A stretch of 64,000 nt of DNA from a bacterium. GTDB lineage: Bacteria; RBG-13-61-14; DATKZS01. The position numbers and the translations under genes are program-made. The notes beneath the pieces are model-generated. The model saw only the letters and a list, made by a program, of their open reading frames with translations. It was not told where the DNA came from and ran no database searches. This document shows, one piece after another, positions 9,606 through 23,200 of this stretch; the stretch's first letter is position 1, and the number at the start of each line of letters is the position of its first letter. The stretch lies in the NCBI GenBank assembly GCA_963674965.2, contig CAXXFL010000001.1, positions 800,001-864,000 on the forward strand, read 5' to 3'.

Positions 9606-10106
9606 CTAATCATCCCTCTTTGAAGAGCCGGTATAAAGGTCTCCCAGAATGTCCCGAAGCTGAATCTCCACCCGGTCGCGGTGGGTTGCCTTCCAGTAAA
9701 CTTTATTGCATTTTCCGCATCGAGTGAAATTCTCCCGCGTGGCGAACACGAACGGCGGGACCTGGTCTTTAACTTTTTCTTTTTCCTCCGGGCAAACCTC
9801 GCCGTTGCATGAAACGCAGCGGGAAAAAACGTCGATTTCAATCCGGTCCTGAAACATATCCACCACCTCGCGAAGCTGAAGGGCGGGATAATTTTCCCTA
9901 AGGCGGATTACCTTTACGCAGCCGGCCTTTTCCTCGAGCCTCGAGTCGCGAGTCAGGATAATGCCTCCTTCCTCCCCGGCCCGCCCGATCAGGACCTCGT
10001 CGTCTATGGACCCGTAATATTCCGCGAAAAGCCCGATAATACGGAGCCAGCGGGCAAGCTTGCCCAATTGCTCGTCGCAGATGAATTTTAGCGGCGCTTC
10101 TTTCAC
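9606..10106 (-). CDS. Mut7-C RNase domain-containing protein (PIN-like plus Zn ribbon)
   Basis: FICDEQLGKLARWLR, LTRD, RCVSCNG and CGKCNKVYWKATH motifs. Confidence 0.9.
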   Translation of the reverse strand: MKEAPLKFICDEQLGKLARWLRIIGLFAEYYGSIDDEVLIGRAGEEGGIILTRDSRLEEKAGCVKVIRLRENYPALQLREVVDMFQDRIEIDVFSRCVSCNGEVCPEEKEKVKDQVPPFVFATRENFTRCGKCNKVYWKATHRDRVEIQLRDILGDLYTGSSKRDD

Positions 10107-10131
10107 TATCTTCTCCGTATGCTTTCCCGCC

Positions 10132-11889
10132 TTATTCGGTCAGTATTCTCATGCCGCCGGGTCTGGGGTCCTTATGAGTCTTCCTTTTCTCCAGCCTTTC
10201 GGAGAGCGCGTCCAGTTCGCCGGGTATGTCTTCCGCGCCGGGTAAAAGTCGGGCCCGGTTAATTTCATTTTCAATCAGCGCAATATCGGCCCCTGAATGG
10301 AAAAGCAGCCAGGCGTAATCCAGGGTCGAGCCGGCGTCGCCTTTGGCGTTGGCTTTTTCTCGCGCAACTCGCCGTCCCTCTTCAATAAAGGCCCTGGCCT
10401 TCTCGGGCTTCTTGGCCAGCAAGTATTGTCTAACAACGTTATTATAATCGATTATCCTGATCTTTTCCCCGGAAGCCCAAAAGGACGCGGCGCTTATTGA
10501 AATAATAAAAAACACAATAATACAGGCATATACGCGCCTTCCTTCTTTGGCCGCCCTGACCGTTTCGATTAAACCGGCTCCAGCGAATATACAAAGACAC
10601 GGCACGAGCGGAAGCCGGAACCGGCCCAGAACGTAAAAAGCTATCGTGGCCGCCGAATAAGAGAAAAGATAATAATATAGAATAGACCATCTTTTTACGT
10701 TCCTTCTCATCAGCCAGGCCCCGGCCAGAGCGGGACCGATTAATATGGGCCATGAAACGGGCGCGAACTGGAAAAAAGGAACCAGCTTCTTTTCAACGTG
10801 ATAATTCAGGTTGTTGGGCGCCTCGTTGCCGGCGAAAAAAGCGGCCGTCTTATAAAGCTGTTTTTTGACGAAGCCTGAAGGATCGTCCCTATAAAGGCTC
10901 ATGATTTCCAAGGCCGCTTTCCCCAGTTTTCGGTCGCTTTTCAAAAGGAGATCGAACACCATTGAATCGGGGGCCCAGGCGTCAGGGGGAGAATCAGGCG
11001 CGTTTCCGGCGATGAACTCGAGGGCGCCCCGCCTGGTCATGGAAAAAAGCGGGGCCTCGGCCTTATGGTTCCTGTATGCGAGAGGACCAAAGACCATGAC
11101 AAGTCCCAGGGCCATGCCCAAGGCGGACCGCGAGCGGCTTGAGAATATGCTTTTCTTCAGGGCGGGTGAATCGGACTCGCCAACTTCCTTTTCGCTTTCC
11201 ATATGTTCGCTATCGAGTTCGTTTTCGTTTTCATCCATTTCAGGGCGCCGGGCGAATACAATCCAAACCAGGGCCGGGAGCATCACCGCCGCGTTGGGCT
11301 TGGCCAGGAGGGCCAGCCCGAAGAGAAGGCCGCTAAAAAATCCGCGCCGCGCTCCGGGTTTTCTCCAGGCCTCGTAAAGCGAGAATATAAGCGCCAAATT
11401 GAGAAAGGTTATCAGCCCGGTCCGGAGGAAATGTCCCTCGAAAAATATCAGCGGACCGTAAAAGGCAAGCATCAGTCCGGAAACGACGCCGGCGCCAAGG
11501 CCGTGAATTCTTCTCGCCAGCTCGAAAGTCATAAGGCAGGTAAGCGCGCCCAGGACAAGCTGAACGGCCCGGGCGAAATAAAGCCCGGGTCCGCCGGAAA
11601 TGGAAAACAGGAAACCGAGGAAATAAGGGTAGAGCGGGGATTGATAGAACGTCCCCTTCCCGACGAGGTCGCCGCCCGCTATGTCCTGGGCCCAGAAAAA
11701 ATAAGCGTAACAATCGGAGCCCTTCATCAGCCGGGCGTCGAAATATGGGCCGTCTCCTATCCACGCCAGATACGAAAGCCTCAAGGACAACGAACAGGCA
11801 AAGACCAGCGCCGCGCCCATCCAGGGACGAAAACGGCCCGGCCCGGTCCCGCTCGCGCCGGTATCTTTATCGTCGGAAATATTCGTCAA
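10132..11889 (-). CDS. Glycosyltransferase family 39 / ArnT-PMT-like membrane glycosyltransferase
   Basis: Many TM helices; SD-x-Y, YQSPLYPYFL, KPN, RFRLP motifs; start uncertain (TTG at 11889). Confidence 0.8.
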   Translation of the reverse strand: MTNISDDKDTGASGTGPGRFRPWMGAALVFACSLSLRLSYLAWIGDGPYFDARLMKGSDCYAYFFWAQDIAGGDLVGKGTFYQSPLYPYFLGFLFSISGGPGLYFARAVQLVLGALTCLMTFELARRIHGLGAGVVSGLMLAFYGPLIFFEGHFLRTGLITFLNLALIFSLYEAWRKPGARRGFFSGLLFGLALLAKPNAAVMLPALVWIVFARRPEMDENENELDSEHMESEKEVGESDSPALKKSIFSSRSRSALGMALGLVMVFGPLAYRNHKAEAPLFSMTRRGALEFIAGNAPDSPPDAWAPDSMVFDLLLKSDRKLGKAALEIMSLYRDDPSGFVKKQLYKTAAFFAGNEAPNNLNYHVEKKLVPFFQFAPVSWPILIGPALAGAWLMRRNVKRWSILYYYLFSYSAATIAFYVLGRFRLPLVPCLCIFAGAGLIETVRAAKEGRRVYACIIVFFIISISAASFWASGEKIRIIDYNNVVRQYLLAKKPEKARAFIEEGRRVAREKANAKGDAGSTLDYAWLLFHSGADIALIENEINRARLLPGAEDIPGELDALSERLEKRKTHKDPRPGGMRILTE

Positions 11890-12141
11890 TATCAAAATGC
11901 CTCGCCGATTAAATCGTCGGCGTCCGTTTAGTGCCGGATGACAAGCGAAAATATAGCATGTGAAGGAATGATAGGAAAACTCCGTCAAAGGCCATAACCA
12001 GTATCGACAAAAGCATACATAATCAGCGACGTCTATCTGCGCTTTCGAGAAAACTCGCCCCGGCCCTTCCCCCACGTGAAAGTTTCATGCTACAATTCGG
12101 CGCTATAAGTCGGGACGGAAAAAGCGTCCGGGAGGATCGTT

Positions 12142-14301
12142 ATGGAGAAAACCGTTCATACCTATTGCAGGGTTTGCGAGCCCAACTGCGGAATCATCGC
12201 CACGGTAAAAGACGGAAGGCTGGTCAAGGTGCAGGGAGACCCGGCTCATCCCGTGAGCAAGGGATACATTTGCCGGAGGGGCAGGGCCACCCTGGACGTG
12301 CACCTGGACCCGGACAGGCTCGACTATCCTCTCAGGAAAAAGGGAGAGGAATGGAAGCGCGCCGATTATAACGAGGCCGTAAAAGACATAGGGGCCAGGA
12401 TTCGAGCCATCCGGAAAAAGCACGGCGACAACGCGGTGGCCCTTTATTTCGGAAACCCCGTGGCTTTCGATTTTTCCTTTGGGCTCTATCTTCCCATCGC
12501 CATGATGAGCATGCGGTCGAGGAACTTTTACAGCTCGGGCAGCCAGGACTGCAACAACAAGTTCGTGGGGGCCAGGGCCGTTTTCGGCTCGCCCGTTCTT
12601 CATCCCGTTCCTGACGTTGAAAATATCGACTTCCTGATTCTGATGGGATCGAACCCGGCGGTGAGCCAGTCGAGCTTTATCTCCCTGGCCAGGCCGATCG
12701 AGCGGCTGAGGAATATCGAAAAAAGAGGCGGAAGAGTCATCGTCGTCGATCCTCGCTACACCGAGACGGCGAAAATGGTGGGCGAGCACGTGCCCATCCG
12801 TCCCGACTCGGACGCCTTTCTTCTCATGGCCATGTTAAACGTCATTATCGGCGAGGGGCTTTTCGACAGGGACAAGGTGAAAAGGACCTGCCGGGGCCTG
12901 GACGAGTTGGAGCGGTTCACCGGGAAATGGACCCCCGCGTCGGCCGAGAAGATAACGGGCATACCGGCGGACAAGATAGCCGGCCTGGCCCGCGACTTCG
13001 CCGCGGCCAAGAACGCCGGTATCCACGCCAGCCTGGGCCTTAACCTCGGCTCTTTTGGAACGCTATGCTACTGGCTCGTGCAGTGCCTTAACGCGGTGAC
13101 GGGAAGATTGGACCAGCGCGGGTCCATGGTATTTCCGGAGGGCCTGATCGATTTCGCGTCCCTTTATTCCAGGACACCCAAGCGGGTCAGCGTGGGCAAA
13201 AACTCCCGGGTGGGAGGATACCCCTCGGTCCTGGGAACGTGGCCCGCGGGAGTGATGGCGGACGAGATGCTTACGCCCGGCCCGGGACAAGTCAAGGCCC
13301 TTATTGTCGTGGCCGGAAACCCCATGCTCACCGTGCAGGACCCGCGAAAGCTCGAGAAAGCCATGAAAGGTCTCGAGCTTACTGTCAGCCTCGATTTGTA
13401 TCGAAACGAGACGGCGGAGCTTTGCGAATACGTTTTTCCCTGCACGGACATGTACGAGAGATGGGACTTCGGCATGATCGCCCTTAACTTCAACCCCTTG
13501 AGGCATATCAACTATACGGAGGCCGCGGTCAAACCCAAGGCCGAAAGGCGGGACACGTGGCGGATCATGCACGATATCATCCGGGCCTCGGGTTACGACT
13601 TCGGCGGCAACAAGGCGCTTTCCATAACTGCCGGCCTGCTTGACGGCGCGGCCAAGGCCCTGGGGCGGCCCGGGCCCTGGAGCTTTTCACCCCATCTCAT
13701 GATGCGCGCCCAGCTTTTGGCGGGCAAACGCTCTTGGCAGAGCTTGAAGGACGGCCCGCAGGGACTCCTTCTCGGCGAGCACCTGGTAGGCCGTTTCTTT
13801 AGCGGTAGGATAAGGACCCCGGACGGCAAGGCCAACCTTGCTCCCGAGCCTTTTATCGGCTCGGCGTCTGAGCTGGATGAATTTTACAGGCGGGAAAAAG
13901 ACGCCGCCGGTTTTCAGTTAATCGGCCTTAGACAACGGATAACACATAACTCCTGGTTTCATAACGCCGAATCGCTGGTCAAGGACGTCCTGACCAACAA
14001 GGCGATCTTAAACCCGGAAGACGCTGACGCGCTGAAGATTAATGATGGAGATATAGTCAGGGTAAGCACGGATTTCGGATCGATCGAGCTGCCCGCTACA
14101 GTTAGTGAAGAAGTCCCGCCGGGAGTCGTAGCCGTGCCCCACGGGTGGGGACACGGAATTAAAAGCGGTCTTTCCGCGGCGAAAAAGCGCCCGGGAGTAA
14201 ACGTCAACCTGCTCTTGCCTTCCGGCCCCGGGACCATGGAAAAACTCGCCGGCATGGCCAAAATGACCGGCGTTCGGGTGAAGATCGAGAAGGCCTCCTG
14301 A
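12142..14301 (+). CDS. Molybdopterin (bis-MGD)-dependent oxidoreductase catalytic subunit, no Tat signal
   Basis: CRVCEPNC...ICRRG 4Fe-4S motif; MGSNP, VVDPR, AGNP and C-terminal NPEDA...PHGWGH. Confidence 0.93.
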   Translation: MEKTVHTYCRVCEPNCGIIATVKDGRLVKVQGDPAHPVSKGYICRRGRATLDVHLDPDRLDYPLRKKGEEWKRADYNEAVKDIGARIRAIRKKHGDNAVALYFGNPVAFDFSFGLYLPIAMMSMRSRNFYSSGSQDCNNKFVGARAVFGSPVLHPVPDVENIDFLILMGSNPAVSQSSFISLARPIERLRNIEKRGGRVIVVDPRYTETAKMVGEHVPIRPDSDAFLLMAMLNVIIGEGLFDRDKVKRTCRGLDELERFTGKWTPASAEKITGIPADKIAGLARDFAAAKNAGIHASLGLNLGSFGTLCYWLVQCLNAVTGRLDQRGSMVFPEGLIDFASLYSRTPKRVSVGKNSRVGGYPSVLGTWPAGVMADEMLTPGPGQVKALIVVAGNPMLTVQDPRKLEKAMKGLELTVSLDLYRNETAELCEYVFPCTDMYERWDFGMIALNFNPLRHINYTEAAVKPKAERRDTWRIMHDIIRASGYDFGGNKALSITAGLLDGAAKALGRPGPWSFSPHLMMRAQLLAGKRSWQSLKDGPQGLLLGEHLVGRFFSGRIRTPDGKANLAPEPFIGSASELDEFYRREKDAAGFQLIGLRQRITHNSWFHNAESLVKDVLTNKAILNPEDADALKINDGDIVRVSTDFGSIELPATVSEEVPPGVVAVPHGWGHGIKSGLSAAKKRPGVNVNLLLPSGPGTMEKLAGMAKMTGVRVKIEKAS

Positions 14302-14476
14302 CCTTAGCCTTACTTTCGCGGCTTTGTCTTCTCCGCCTGCCGAGGCGCTTTCTTCGCCCATGGAAATAATTCATATAAAATCATTGTGTCCGGGCTATAA
14401 AATCCAGCCTTTGAAAATAGTCTATTTTCTTTTGGAGATTTCCCTTAAGTATGATAACCTATTGAATTTAAAGAGG

Positions 14477-14560
<84 letters not shown>

Positions 14561-14641
14561 GCGCTTGGTAAGGGAACTAAATAAATAGAGTTAAAGCGCT
14601 TTATTGGCGCTTGAATAGTATAATGAGGAAGGATTCAGGCA

Positions 14642-15961
14642 ATGAAGGTTGAAGTACAAGACGTCTCGGCGTCTCAAAAGCGGATCGAGGTCCAGATACC
14701 GGCCGACCGCGTGAACGACGAGATCGAGGAACAGTTCGTGGAACTCCAGAAGAAGGCCCAGGTAAAGGGCTTTCGTCCCGGCAAGGCCCCCAGAAAGCTC
14801 GTCGAGCGGATGTTCAAAAAGTACGTTTACGCCGAGGTGGCGGAGAAGCTGATCAAGGAGAGCATGGAGCCGGCTTTCGCCCGCAAGAACATCGAGCCGT
14901 TGGTCGACCCGGTGGTCGATCCCTCCGAGCTCGAGGCTGACAAGGACTACGCTTACACCATTCACGTCGAGGTCAAGCCCGAGATCGAACTGGCCGAGTA
15001 CAAGGGCATCGACGTGGTCCATAAAGACGAGGACGTGGATGAGGAGACGGTCGAGAAGTCGCTCGAGGCCCTCCGCGAGAACGCGGCCATGCTCAAGGCG
15101 CCCGAGGAGCCAAGGCCCATCAAGAAGGGCGACGAGGTCCTGGCCGAGTTTAAGATACTCGAGGGCGACGAGACGCTCTATGAGGAGGCGGAGGAGTCTC
15201 TTCCTCTTTATCGCGAAACCTGGATACCCGGGATGACCGAAAAGCTGGAGGGAAGGTCCGAGGGCGACGAGATCGAGTACTCGGCGGCCGTGGCCGAGGA
15301 CGACGAGAAGGCGCCCTCCCAGTTCAAGGGCAAGACCTTGAAGTTCACGGTCAAGGTCAAGGGAATTATGGAAAGAATCCTGCCCGAGTTGAACGACGAC
15401 TTCGCCAAGGAGTACTCCCGCTCCGACACCCTCGAGGACTTAAAAGACGCCATACGGGAAAGGCTCATCGAGCAGGTGACCTATGAGAACAAGAACCGTC
15501 TCGAGTACTCGATCATGGAAGCGCTGGTCGGCCTCAACGACTTCGAGGTCCCGCCCACGGTGGTGAAAAGAGAGGCCGCCAGGATGGCCGAGAACTTCGT
15601 CGAGCGGGCCACCGGACGCAAGGCCGACGCCGCTGGCGTCGAGCGTTTCATCCCTCTTTTCGAGGAGGAGGCGAAAAAGGGCGTCAAGGCCAACTTCATC
15701 CTCGAGGCCATCTCGAATAAGGAGGAAATCGAGGCGAGCGACGAGGACGTCGACAACAAGCTTAAAGAGGAAGCCGAGCGTATGAACATGCATCCGGACA
15801 AGCTTCGGGACCGCTTCGAGGAGGCGGGCATGGACGTGCTGAAGGGACAGATCGTTCTCGAGAAGACCCTTGATTTTCTGGCCTCTCACGCTAACATTAA
15901 AGATGAAGCGCCCAAGGAAGACAAAAGCGAAAAAGAGGGCGGGGCGGCCGAGTCCGAATAG
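14642..15961 (+). CDS. tig: Trigger factor
   Basis: GFRPGKAP ribosome-binding motif; PELNDDFAK; synteny with clpPX. Confidence 0.96.
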   Translation: MKVEVQDVSASQKRIEVQIPADRVNDEIEEQFVELQKKAQVKGFRPGKAPRKLVERMFKKYVYAEVAEKLIKESMEPAFARKNIEPLVDPVVDPSELEADKDYAYTIHVEVKPEIELAEYKGIDVVHKDEDVDEETVEKSLEALRENAAMLKAPEEPRPIKKGDEVLAEFKILEGDETLYEEAEESLPLYRETWIPGMTEKLEGRSEGDEIEYSAAVAEDDEKAPSQFKGKTLKFTVKVKGIMERILPELNDDFAKEYSRSDTLEDLKDAIRERLIEQVTYENKNRLEYSIMEALVGLNDFEVPPTVVKREAARMAENFVERATGRKADAAGVERFIPLFEEEAKKGVKANFILEAISNKEEIEASDEDVDNKLKEEAERMNMHPDKLRDRFEEAGMDVLKGQIVLEKTLDFLASHANIKDEAPKEDKSEKEGGAAESE

Positions 15962-16001
15962 TGAAGACAAACATTACGCGCGGGGCGGGGGAGACAAATA
16001 A

Positions 16002-16601
16002 ATGACATTGATTCCGATAGTGGTAGAACAGACGCCAAGAGGCGAGAGGGCTTACGATATTTACTCGAGGCTGTTAAAGGACAGGATTATCTTTATCGGT
16101 ACTCCCATCAACGACGACATCGCCAACCTGGTCATCGCCCAGCTCCTTTTCCTCGAGTCGGAGGACCCCGACAGGGACATACACATGTATATCAACTCGC
16201 CCGGCGGCGTGGTCACGGCCGGCATGGCCATCTACGACACCATGCAGTACGTCAAGCCCGGCGTCAGCACTCTTTGCATGGGCCAGGCCTCGAGCATGGC
16301 CGCCCTTCTTTTGGCCGCCGGGGCCAAGGGCAAAAGATACGCCCTTCCTCACTCGAGGATAATGATCCACCAGCCCATGGGGGGTTTTCAGGGGCAGGCC
16401 TCGGAGATTGAGATACACGCCCGGGAAATCCTCAAACTGAGGGAAAAGCTGAACGAGGTCCTGGCCAGGCACACGGGGCAGAAAATCGATACCATCGCCA
16501 AGGACACGGACCGGGACAATTTCATGGACGCCAAGGAGGCCAAGGATTACGGCTTGGTCGATGAAGTCATGGTCATGAGGAAAACGGCTAAAGATAAATA
16601 A
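16002..16601 (+). CDS. clpP: ATP-dependent Clp protease proteolytic subunit
   Basis: [30 protein letters not shown]. Confidence 0.98.
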   Translation: MTLIPIVVEQTPRGERAYDIYSRLLKDRIIFIGTPINDDIANLVIAQLLFLESEDPDRDIHMYINSPGGVVTAGMAIYDTMQYVKPGVSTLCMGQASSMAALLLAAGAKGKRYALPHSRIMIHQPMGGFQGQASEIEIHAREILKLREKLNEVLARHTGQKIDTIAKDTDRDNFMDAKEAKDYGLVDEVMVMRKTAKDK

Positions 16602-16736
16602 ACGCGCCGGCGGCCCTCCGGCTTAATTTGGGGTAAAAAACGCCGATAATACTGGCGGAGCCGGAAAGGGGCCTTATAATATATATTGTAGATCGTCACC
16701 GTAACGATTATCGAGAACGGGTGAGGAGTAATCGCT

Positions 16737-18005
16737 TTGGCCAAAAAAAACAACAACGAGGGCGTTAGCGGCGGTAACAACCTTTGCTGTTCCTTTTGCG
16801 GAAGGAGTCAGCGGGAGGTTAAAAAGCTCATTGCCGGACCCACCGTGTACATCTGCAACGAATGCATAGAACTGTGCAACGACATCATCGCCGAGGAAAA
16901 GGAAAAAGAAAGGGAATATTACACCGGCAGGGGTAAGCTTCCCACGCCAAGGGAAATCAGCGACTTTCTTGACCAGTACGTGATTGGCCAGGAAATCGCC
17001 AAGAAGACCCTTTCCGTGGCCGTGTACAACCACTATAAACGCATATATTCCATGGGGACCGGAGGAGATATCGAGCTTCAGAAGTCGAATATTCTTCTTA
17101 TCGGTCCCACCGGCGTGGGCAAGACCCTTCTGGCCCAGACCCTGGCCAAGTTCCTCGACGTTCCTTTTACCATCGCCGACGCCACCTGCCTCACCGAGGC
17201 CGGATACGTGGGCGAGGACGTCGAGAATATAATCGTCAACCTGCTTCGCGACGCCGACGATAACGTCGAGCGCGCCGAGCGGGGCATCGTCTACGTGGAC
17301 GAGGTGGACAAGCTCTCGCGAAAAAGCGAGAACCCCTCGATCACCCGCGACGTGTCCGGCGAGGGCGTCCAGCAGGCCCTGCTTAAAATCATCGAGGGGA
17401 CCGTGGCCAACGTGCCGCCAAAGGGCGGAAGGAAACACCCCCAGCAGGAATTCCTGCAGGTGGACACGACCAATATACTCTTCATATGCGGCGGCGCCTT
17501 CGTGGGGCTCGATAAAATCATCGAGGAAAGGATCGGCCACAAATGCATGGGCTTTGGCGCCGACGTGCCCACCAAGGACGAGCGGTGCATTGGCGATCTT
17601 TTAAGCCGCGTGCAGCCCGACGACCTTATAAAATACGGGATGATACCCGAGTTCGTGGGAAGGTTGCCGGTGGTGGCCGGGCTCCATGAACTTAAGGAGG
17701 AAGACCTGGTCAAAATCCTGGTCGAGCCGAAAAACTCCTTAACCAAGCAATATAAAAAGCTGTTCGACCTCGAGAACGTAAACCTCAAGTTTACCGAGGG
17801 CGCCATGCGGGCGGTGGCCACCGAGGCCATCAAAAGGAACACCGGCGCCAGGGGACTTCGGGCCATCCTCGAGAGGGCCATGCTTGACGTGATGTACCGC
17901 ATTCCCAACGAAAGGAACGTGAAGGGATGCGTCATTAACGAGGAAGTTATACTGAAAGGAGAAGAGCCAATCCTCGAGTTGGAAAAAGAGGCCGAGATCG
18001 CCTGA
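16737..18005 (+). CDS. clpX: ATP-dependent Clp protease ATP-binding subunit
   Basis: CSFCG...ICNEC zinc finger; [31 protein letters not shown] start. Confidence 0.98.
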   Translation: MAKKNNNEGVSGGNNLCCSFCGRSQREVKKLIAGPTVYICNECIELCNDIIAEEKEKEREYYTGRGKLPTPREISDFLDQYVIGQEIAKKTLSVAVYNHYKRIYSMGTGGDIELQKSNILLIGPTGVGKTLLAQTLAKFLDVPFTIADATCLTEAGYVGEDVENIIVNLLRDADDNVERAERGIVYVDEVDKLSRKSENPSITRDVSGEGVQQALLKIIEGTVANVPPKGGRKHPQQEFLQVDTTNILFICGGAFVGLDKIIEERIGHKCMGFGADVPTKDERCIGDLLSRVQPDDLIKYGMIPEFVGRLPVVAGLHELKEEDLVKILVEPKNSLTKQYKKLFDLENVNLKFTEGAMRAVATEAIKRNTGARGLRAILERAMLDVMYRIPNERNVKGCVINEEVILKGEEPILELEKEAEIA

Positions 18006-18052
18006 AGGGCGGTCGTATCAAATAGTTAGATCAACCTGTAACGAGGGGATCC

Positions 18053-20518
<2,466 letters not shown>

Positions 20519-20690
20519 AGACAATTTATCATTTCATCCCGCTTTCGGACCTTGATTCCGAAAGCGGGATTGTTTTGGGTATTACAAACCCGAGGCTTAT
20601 ATATAACCGCATGTTTCCCAGTACTGAACTCGGTTTTACCAGTGACGATCAAAGCCGCAACGTGATGAAGAGACGACTTATCTCGCCAAT

Positions 20691-20719
20691 TTGACATCAT
20701 TGGCCCGCGGTAATAGGAT
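20691..20719 (+). promoter_or_regulatory. Sigma70-type promoter for the TetR gene
   Basis: TTGACA-17 bp-TAGGAT. Confidence 0.65.
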
Positions 20720-20745
20720 TGAGCAAACCATAAAAGAGGTAATCA

Positions 20746-21402
20746 ATGAGCAACGAAGATTCGGGCAACAACAACAACGATAAAAGCGCCAAACAGAGGA
20801 TTCTTGACGCGGCGGTCAAGACCTTTGCCCAGCTTCCCTATCAGTCGGCCAGCACGCGGATGATCGCCAAAGAGGCCGGCGTCGATCATCCCCTTATCCA
20901 TTACTATTTCGGCACCAAAATGAACCTTTTAATGGCCGCCAGCGCCGTGGTTCACGAGGAATTCCAGAGTCAGCACCTCAAATGGCTCGAGGGCTTGAGC
21001 GTGGTTCATCCGCGAGACGGGCTGTCCACCTACCTTGACCGCCTCCTGGATTATGGATTCACCCGTCCCGAGCCGGTCCAGATAGTCATCCTCAATATGG
21101 TCCAGATAGGAAAACGAGGGTCAGAATCCATCCGCTCCGATTATATTATCAAGCACATCCAGATGACCGCCGACACCCTGCGTGAAAAACTGCCTCTAAA
21201 AGGCGACCCCGAGGAAATTACCGCTTTTCTTCAGTGCTTCCATAACCTGGTTATCAACTTCCTGGGCAGCAGGGAATGCCAGGCCGCTTCCCTTGGCATG
21301 GACCCCGACTCGGACCAATATAAAAAATGGGTCAAATCCGCCCTTATGCTCGCCTTTTTGCCCTGGCTGGAAAAGCTGGTGTTCGTAACCGATAATGATT
21401 GA
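20746..21402 (+). CDS. TetR/AcrR family transcriptional regulator
   Basis: ILDAAVKTFA...STRMIAKEAGVDHPLIHYYFGTK helix-turn-helix. Confidence 0.93.
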   Translation: MSNEDSGNNNNDKSAKQRILDAAVKTFAQLPYQSASTRMIAKEAGVDHPLIHYYFGTKMNLLMAASAVVHEEFQSQHLKWLEGLSVVHPRDGLSTYLDRLLDYGFTRPEPVQIVILNMVQIGKRGSESIRSDYIIKHIQMTADTLREKLPLKGDPEEITAFLQCFHNLVINFLGSRECQAASLGMDPDSDQYKKWVKSALMLAFLPWLEKLVFVTDND

Positions 21403-21417
21403 TTATTCCGACGGTAC

Positions 21418-21446
21418 TTGACTTAACTCCCACCCGCCGATAGGAT
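21418..21446 (+). promoter_or_regulatory. Sigma70-type promoter for the flavoprotein operon
   Basis: TTGACT-17 bp-TAGGAT. Confidence 0.6.
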
Positions 21447-21540
21447 TAAGCGTCGCCCCACCCCATCTCGAGCGGCCGCTTTTTGGCCAACTTCACCACT
21501 TTCGCCAGGCGCGACGACATTTCAAGCTGGAGTTCAGGCA

Positions 21541-23190
21541 ATGAAACACGATTACCCCGTTATTGACGCCGACGTCCTTATCATCGGCGGTGGAAGCGCC
21601 GGCGCCATGGCCGCCATCCGCGCCAAGGAGGTCGATCCCCACCAGGAGGTGGTGGTTTTCGAGAAGGGCCACGTCAAGTACTCGGGCTGCATCGCCCGGG
21701 GCATGGACGCCCTCAATATCGTGGCCATACCCGGCCTGGACACTCCCGAATTGTACGTCGAGTCCAACGGCATCGCCTGCCACGGGGTCATGGACGAGCC
21801 CCAGGCCCTGGTCATGGCCCAGAGGAGCTTTGCCCTTCTTAAAAAACTCGAGTCCTGGGACGTGTGCTTTCCCCTCGATGAAAAGGGCAATTACGAGGTG
21901 CTCCAGGTCCATCCCAAAGGCAAGTTCTGCGTTACCATGAAGGAACCCGAGCTGAAAACCATCCTTGCCAAAAGGTGCCTCGAGCTGGGAGTTCGGGTGG
22001 TCAACCGCACCATGGGCATGCGTCTCATCAAGAACGGCGGGGCCGTCACCGGCGCCATCGGCATGAACGCCCGCACGGGCGAGGTAATGGTATGCCGGGC
22101 CAAGTCGGTCATACTCAGCTCGGGAGGAACGGCAAGGTTCGGCCTGCCCAACAACGGATACCTCTACGGCGTGTACGACTTCCCCGGCAACACCGGCGAC
22201 GGGTACGTCATGGCCTACAAGGCGGGGGCCGAGCTCTCGGGCTTCGAGTACACCTGTATTTACTACATCGTCAAGGACATTAACGCGCCCCTTCTTTACA
22301 TCACCCTCACCAGGGGCGCCCACCTGTTCAACGCCTTTGACCAGGCCTTCCACGAGGAACACCCTGGGATTCCCATGATGCACGACGAGCACCAGGCCAA
22401 CAGGGGCCCCATGCGCATCCGCCTGGACCATCTGCCCGAGGACAAGATACGCGAGGTGGAGGAGCTGCTCTTCTCCACGGAAAGGCCGGTGCAGGAAAGG
22501 TTCTACGAGGGCCGGGGCGTGAATTTCAGGTCGGGCGAGATCGAGCTTTGGCCCACCGAGTGCTTCCTGTGCGGCGGCCACGGCCAGACCGGCGTTCGCG
22601 TTAACGTGAAGGCCGAGACCACCGTGCCCGGCCTATACGCCGCGGGCGACACTTCCCTGGTGGCAAGGGGACACTTGACGGGGGCCTTCGTCTACGGCGA
22701 GATAGCCGCCGAGAACGCCACCGAGTACGCGGCGTCAAAAGGCCGCGTCGAGATCGACCATGGCCAGGTCGAGGATTTCATCCGGGACCGCGACTCCCGT
22801 CTCGGCTCGGGCGCGGGTCCCATTCCCATCGAGGAGTTCGAGTACAAGGTCCGCCGCATGATCAACGATTACATCGTTCCTCCCAAGAACGACTACAAGC
22901 TGAACCGGGCGCTTTGGTGGATGGACCGCTTCAGAAAGGAGCTTTTCGAGGTGGTCAAGGTCAAAGACAGGCACGACCTGTTCAAGACTTATGAGGTTGA
23001 GAACATCATTCAATGCGCCCTTATGAGCGCCCTGGCCTCGCGCGAGCGCAAGGAGAGCAGGTGGGGCCTTTGGCACTACCGCTCGGACTACCCGAAAATG
23101 GACGAAGCCTGGAGAAAGCATATCGTGTTGACCATGGGCGCCTCGCCCGAGGACGTCAAAATAGCCCACGCTCCCGTGGTCACGCTGTGA
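21541..23190 (+). CDS. Fumarate reductase/APS reductase-family flavoprotein subunit (AprA/AsfA-like)
   Basis: IIGGGSAG FAD motif; SGCIARGMDALN; NTGDG; CGGHG; GLYAAGD; RKESRWG...HYRSDYP. Confidence 0.9.
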   Translation: MKHDYPVIDADVLIIGGGSAGAMAAIRAKEVDPHQEVVVFEKGHVKYSGCIARGMDALNIVAIPGLDTPELYVESNGIACHGVMDEPQALVMAQRSFALLKKLESWDVCFPLDEKGNYEVLQVHPKGKFCVTMKEPELKTILAKRCLELGVRVVNRTMGMRLIKNGGAVTGAIGMNARTGEVMVCRAKSVILSSGGTARFGLPNNGYLYGVYDFPGNTGDGYVMAYKAGAELSGFEYTCIYYIVKDINAPLLYITLTRGAHLFNAFDQAFHEEHPGIPMMHDEHQANRGPMRIRLDHLPEDKIREVEELLFSTERPVQERFYEGRGVNFRSGEIELWPTECFLCGGHGQTGVRVNVKAETTVPGLYAAGDTSLVARGHLTGAFVYGEIAAENATEYAASKGRVEIDHGQVEDFIRDRDSRLGSGAGPIPIEEFEYKVRRMINDYIVPPKNDYKLNRALWWMDRFRKELFEVVKVKDRHDLFKTYEVENIIQCALMSALASRERKESRWGLWHYRSDYPKMDEAWRKHIVLTMGASPEDVKIAHAPVVTL

Positions 23191-23200
23191 GGAAACCGAC

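Noticed and set aside
21541-23190. Calling the flavoprotein aprA or sdhA
   Set aside because: Shorter than typical dissimilatory AprA, no stand-alone aprB, qmo or sat neighbours, and no SdhA covalent-FAD His motif or sdhB/sdhC
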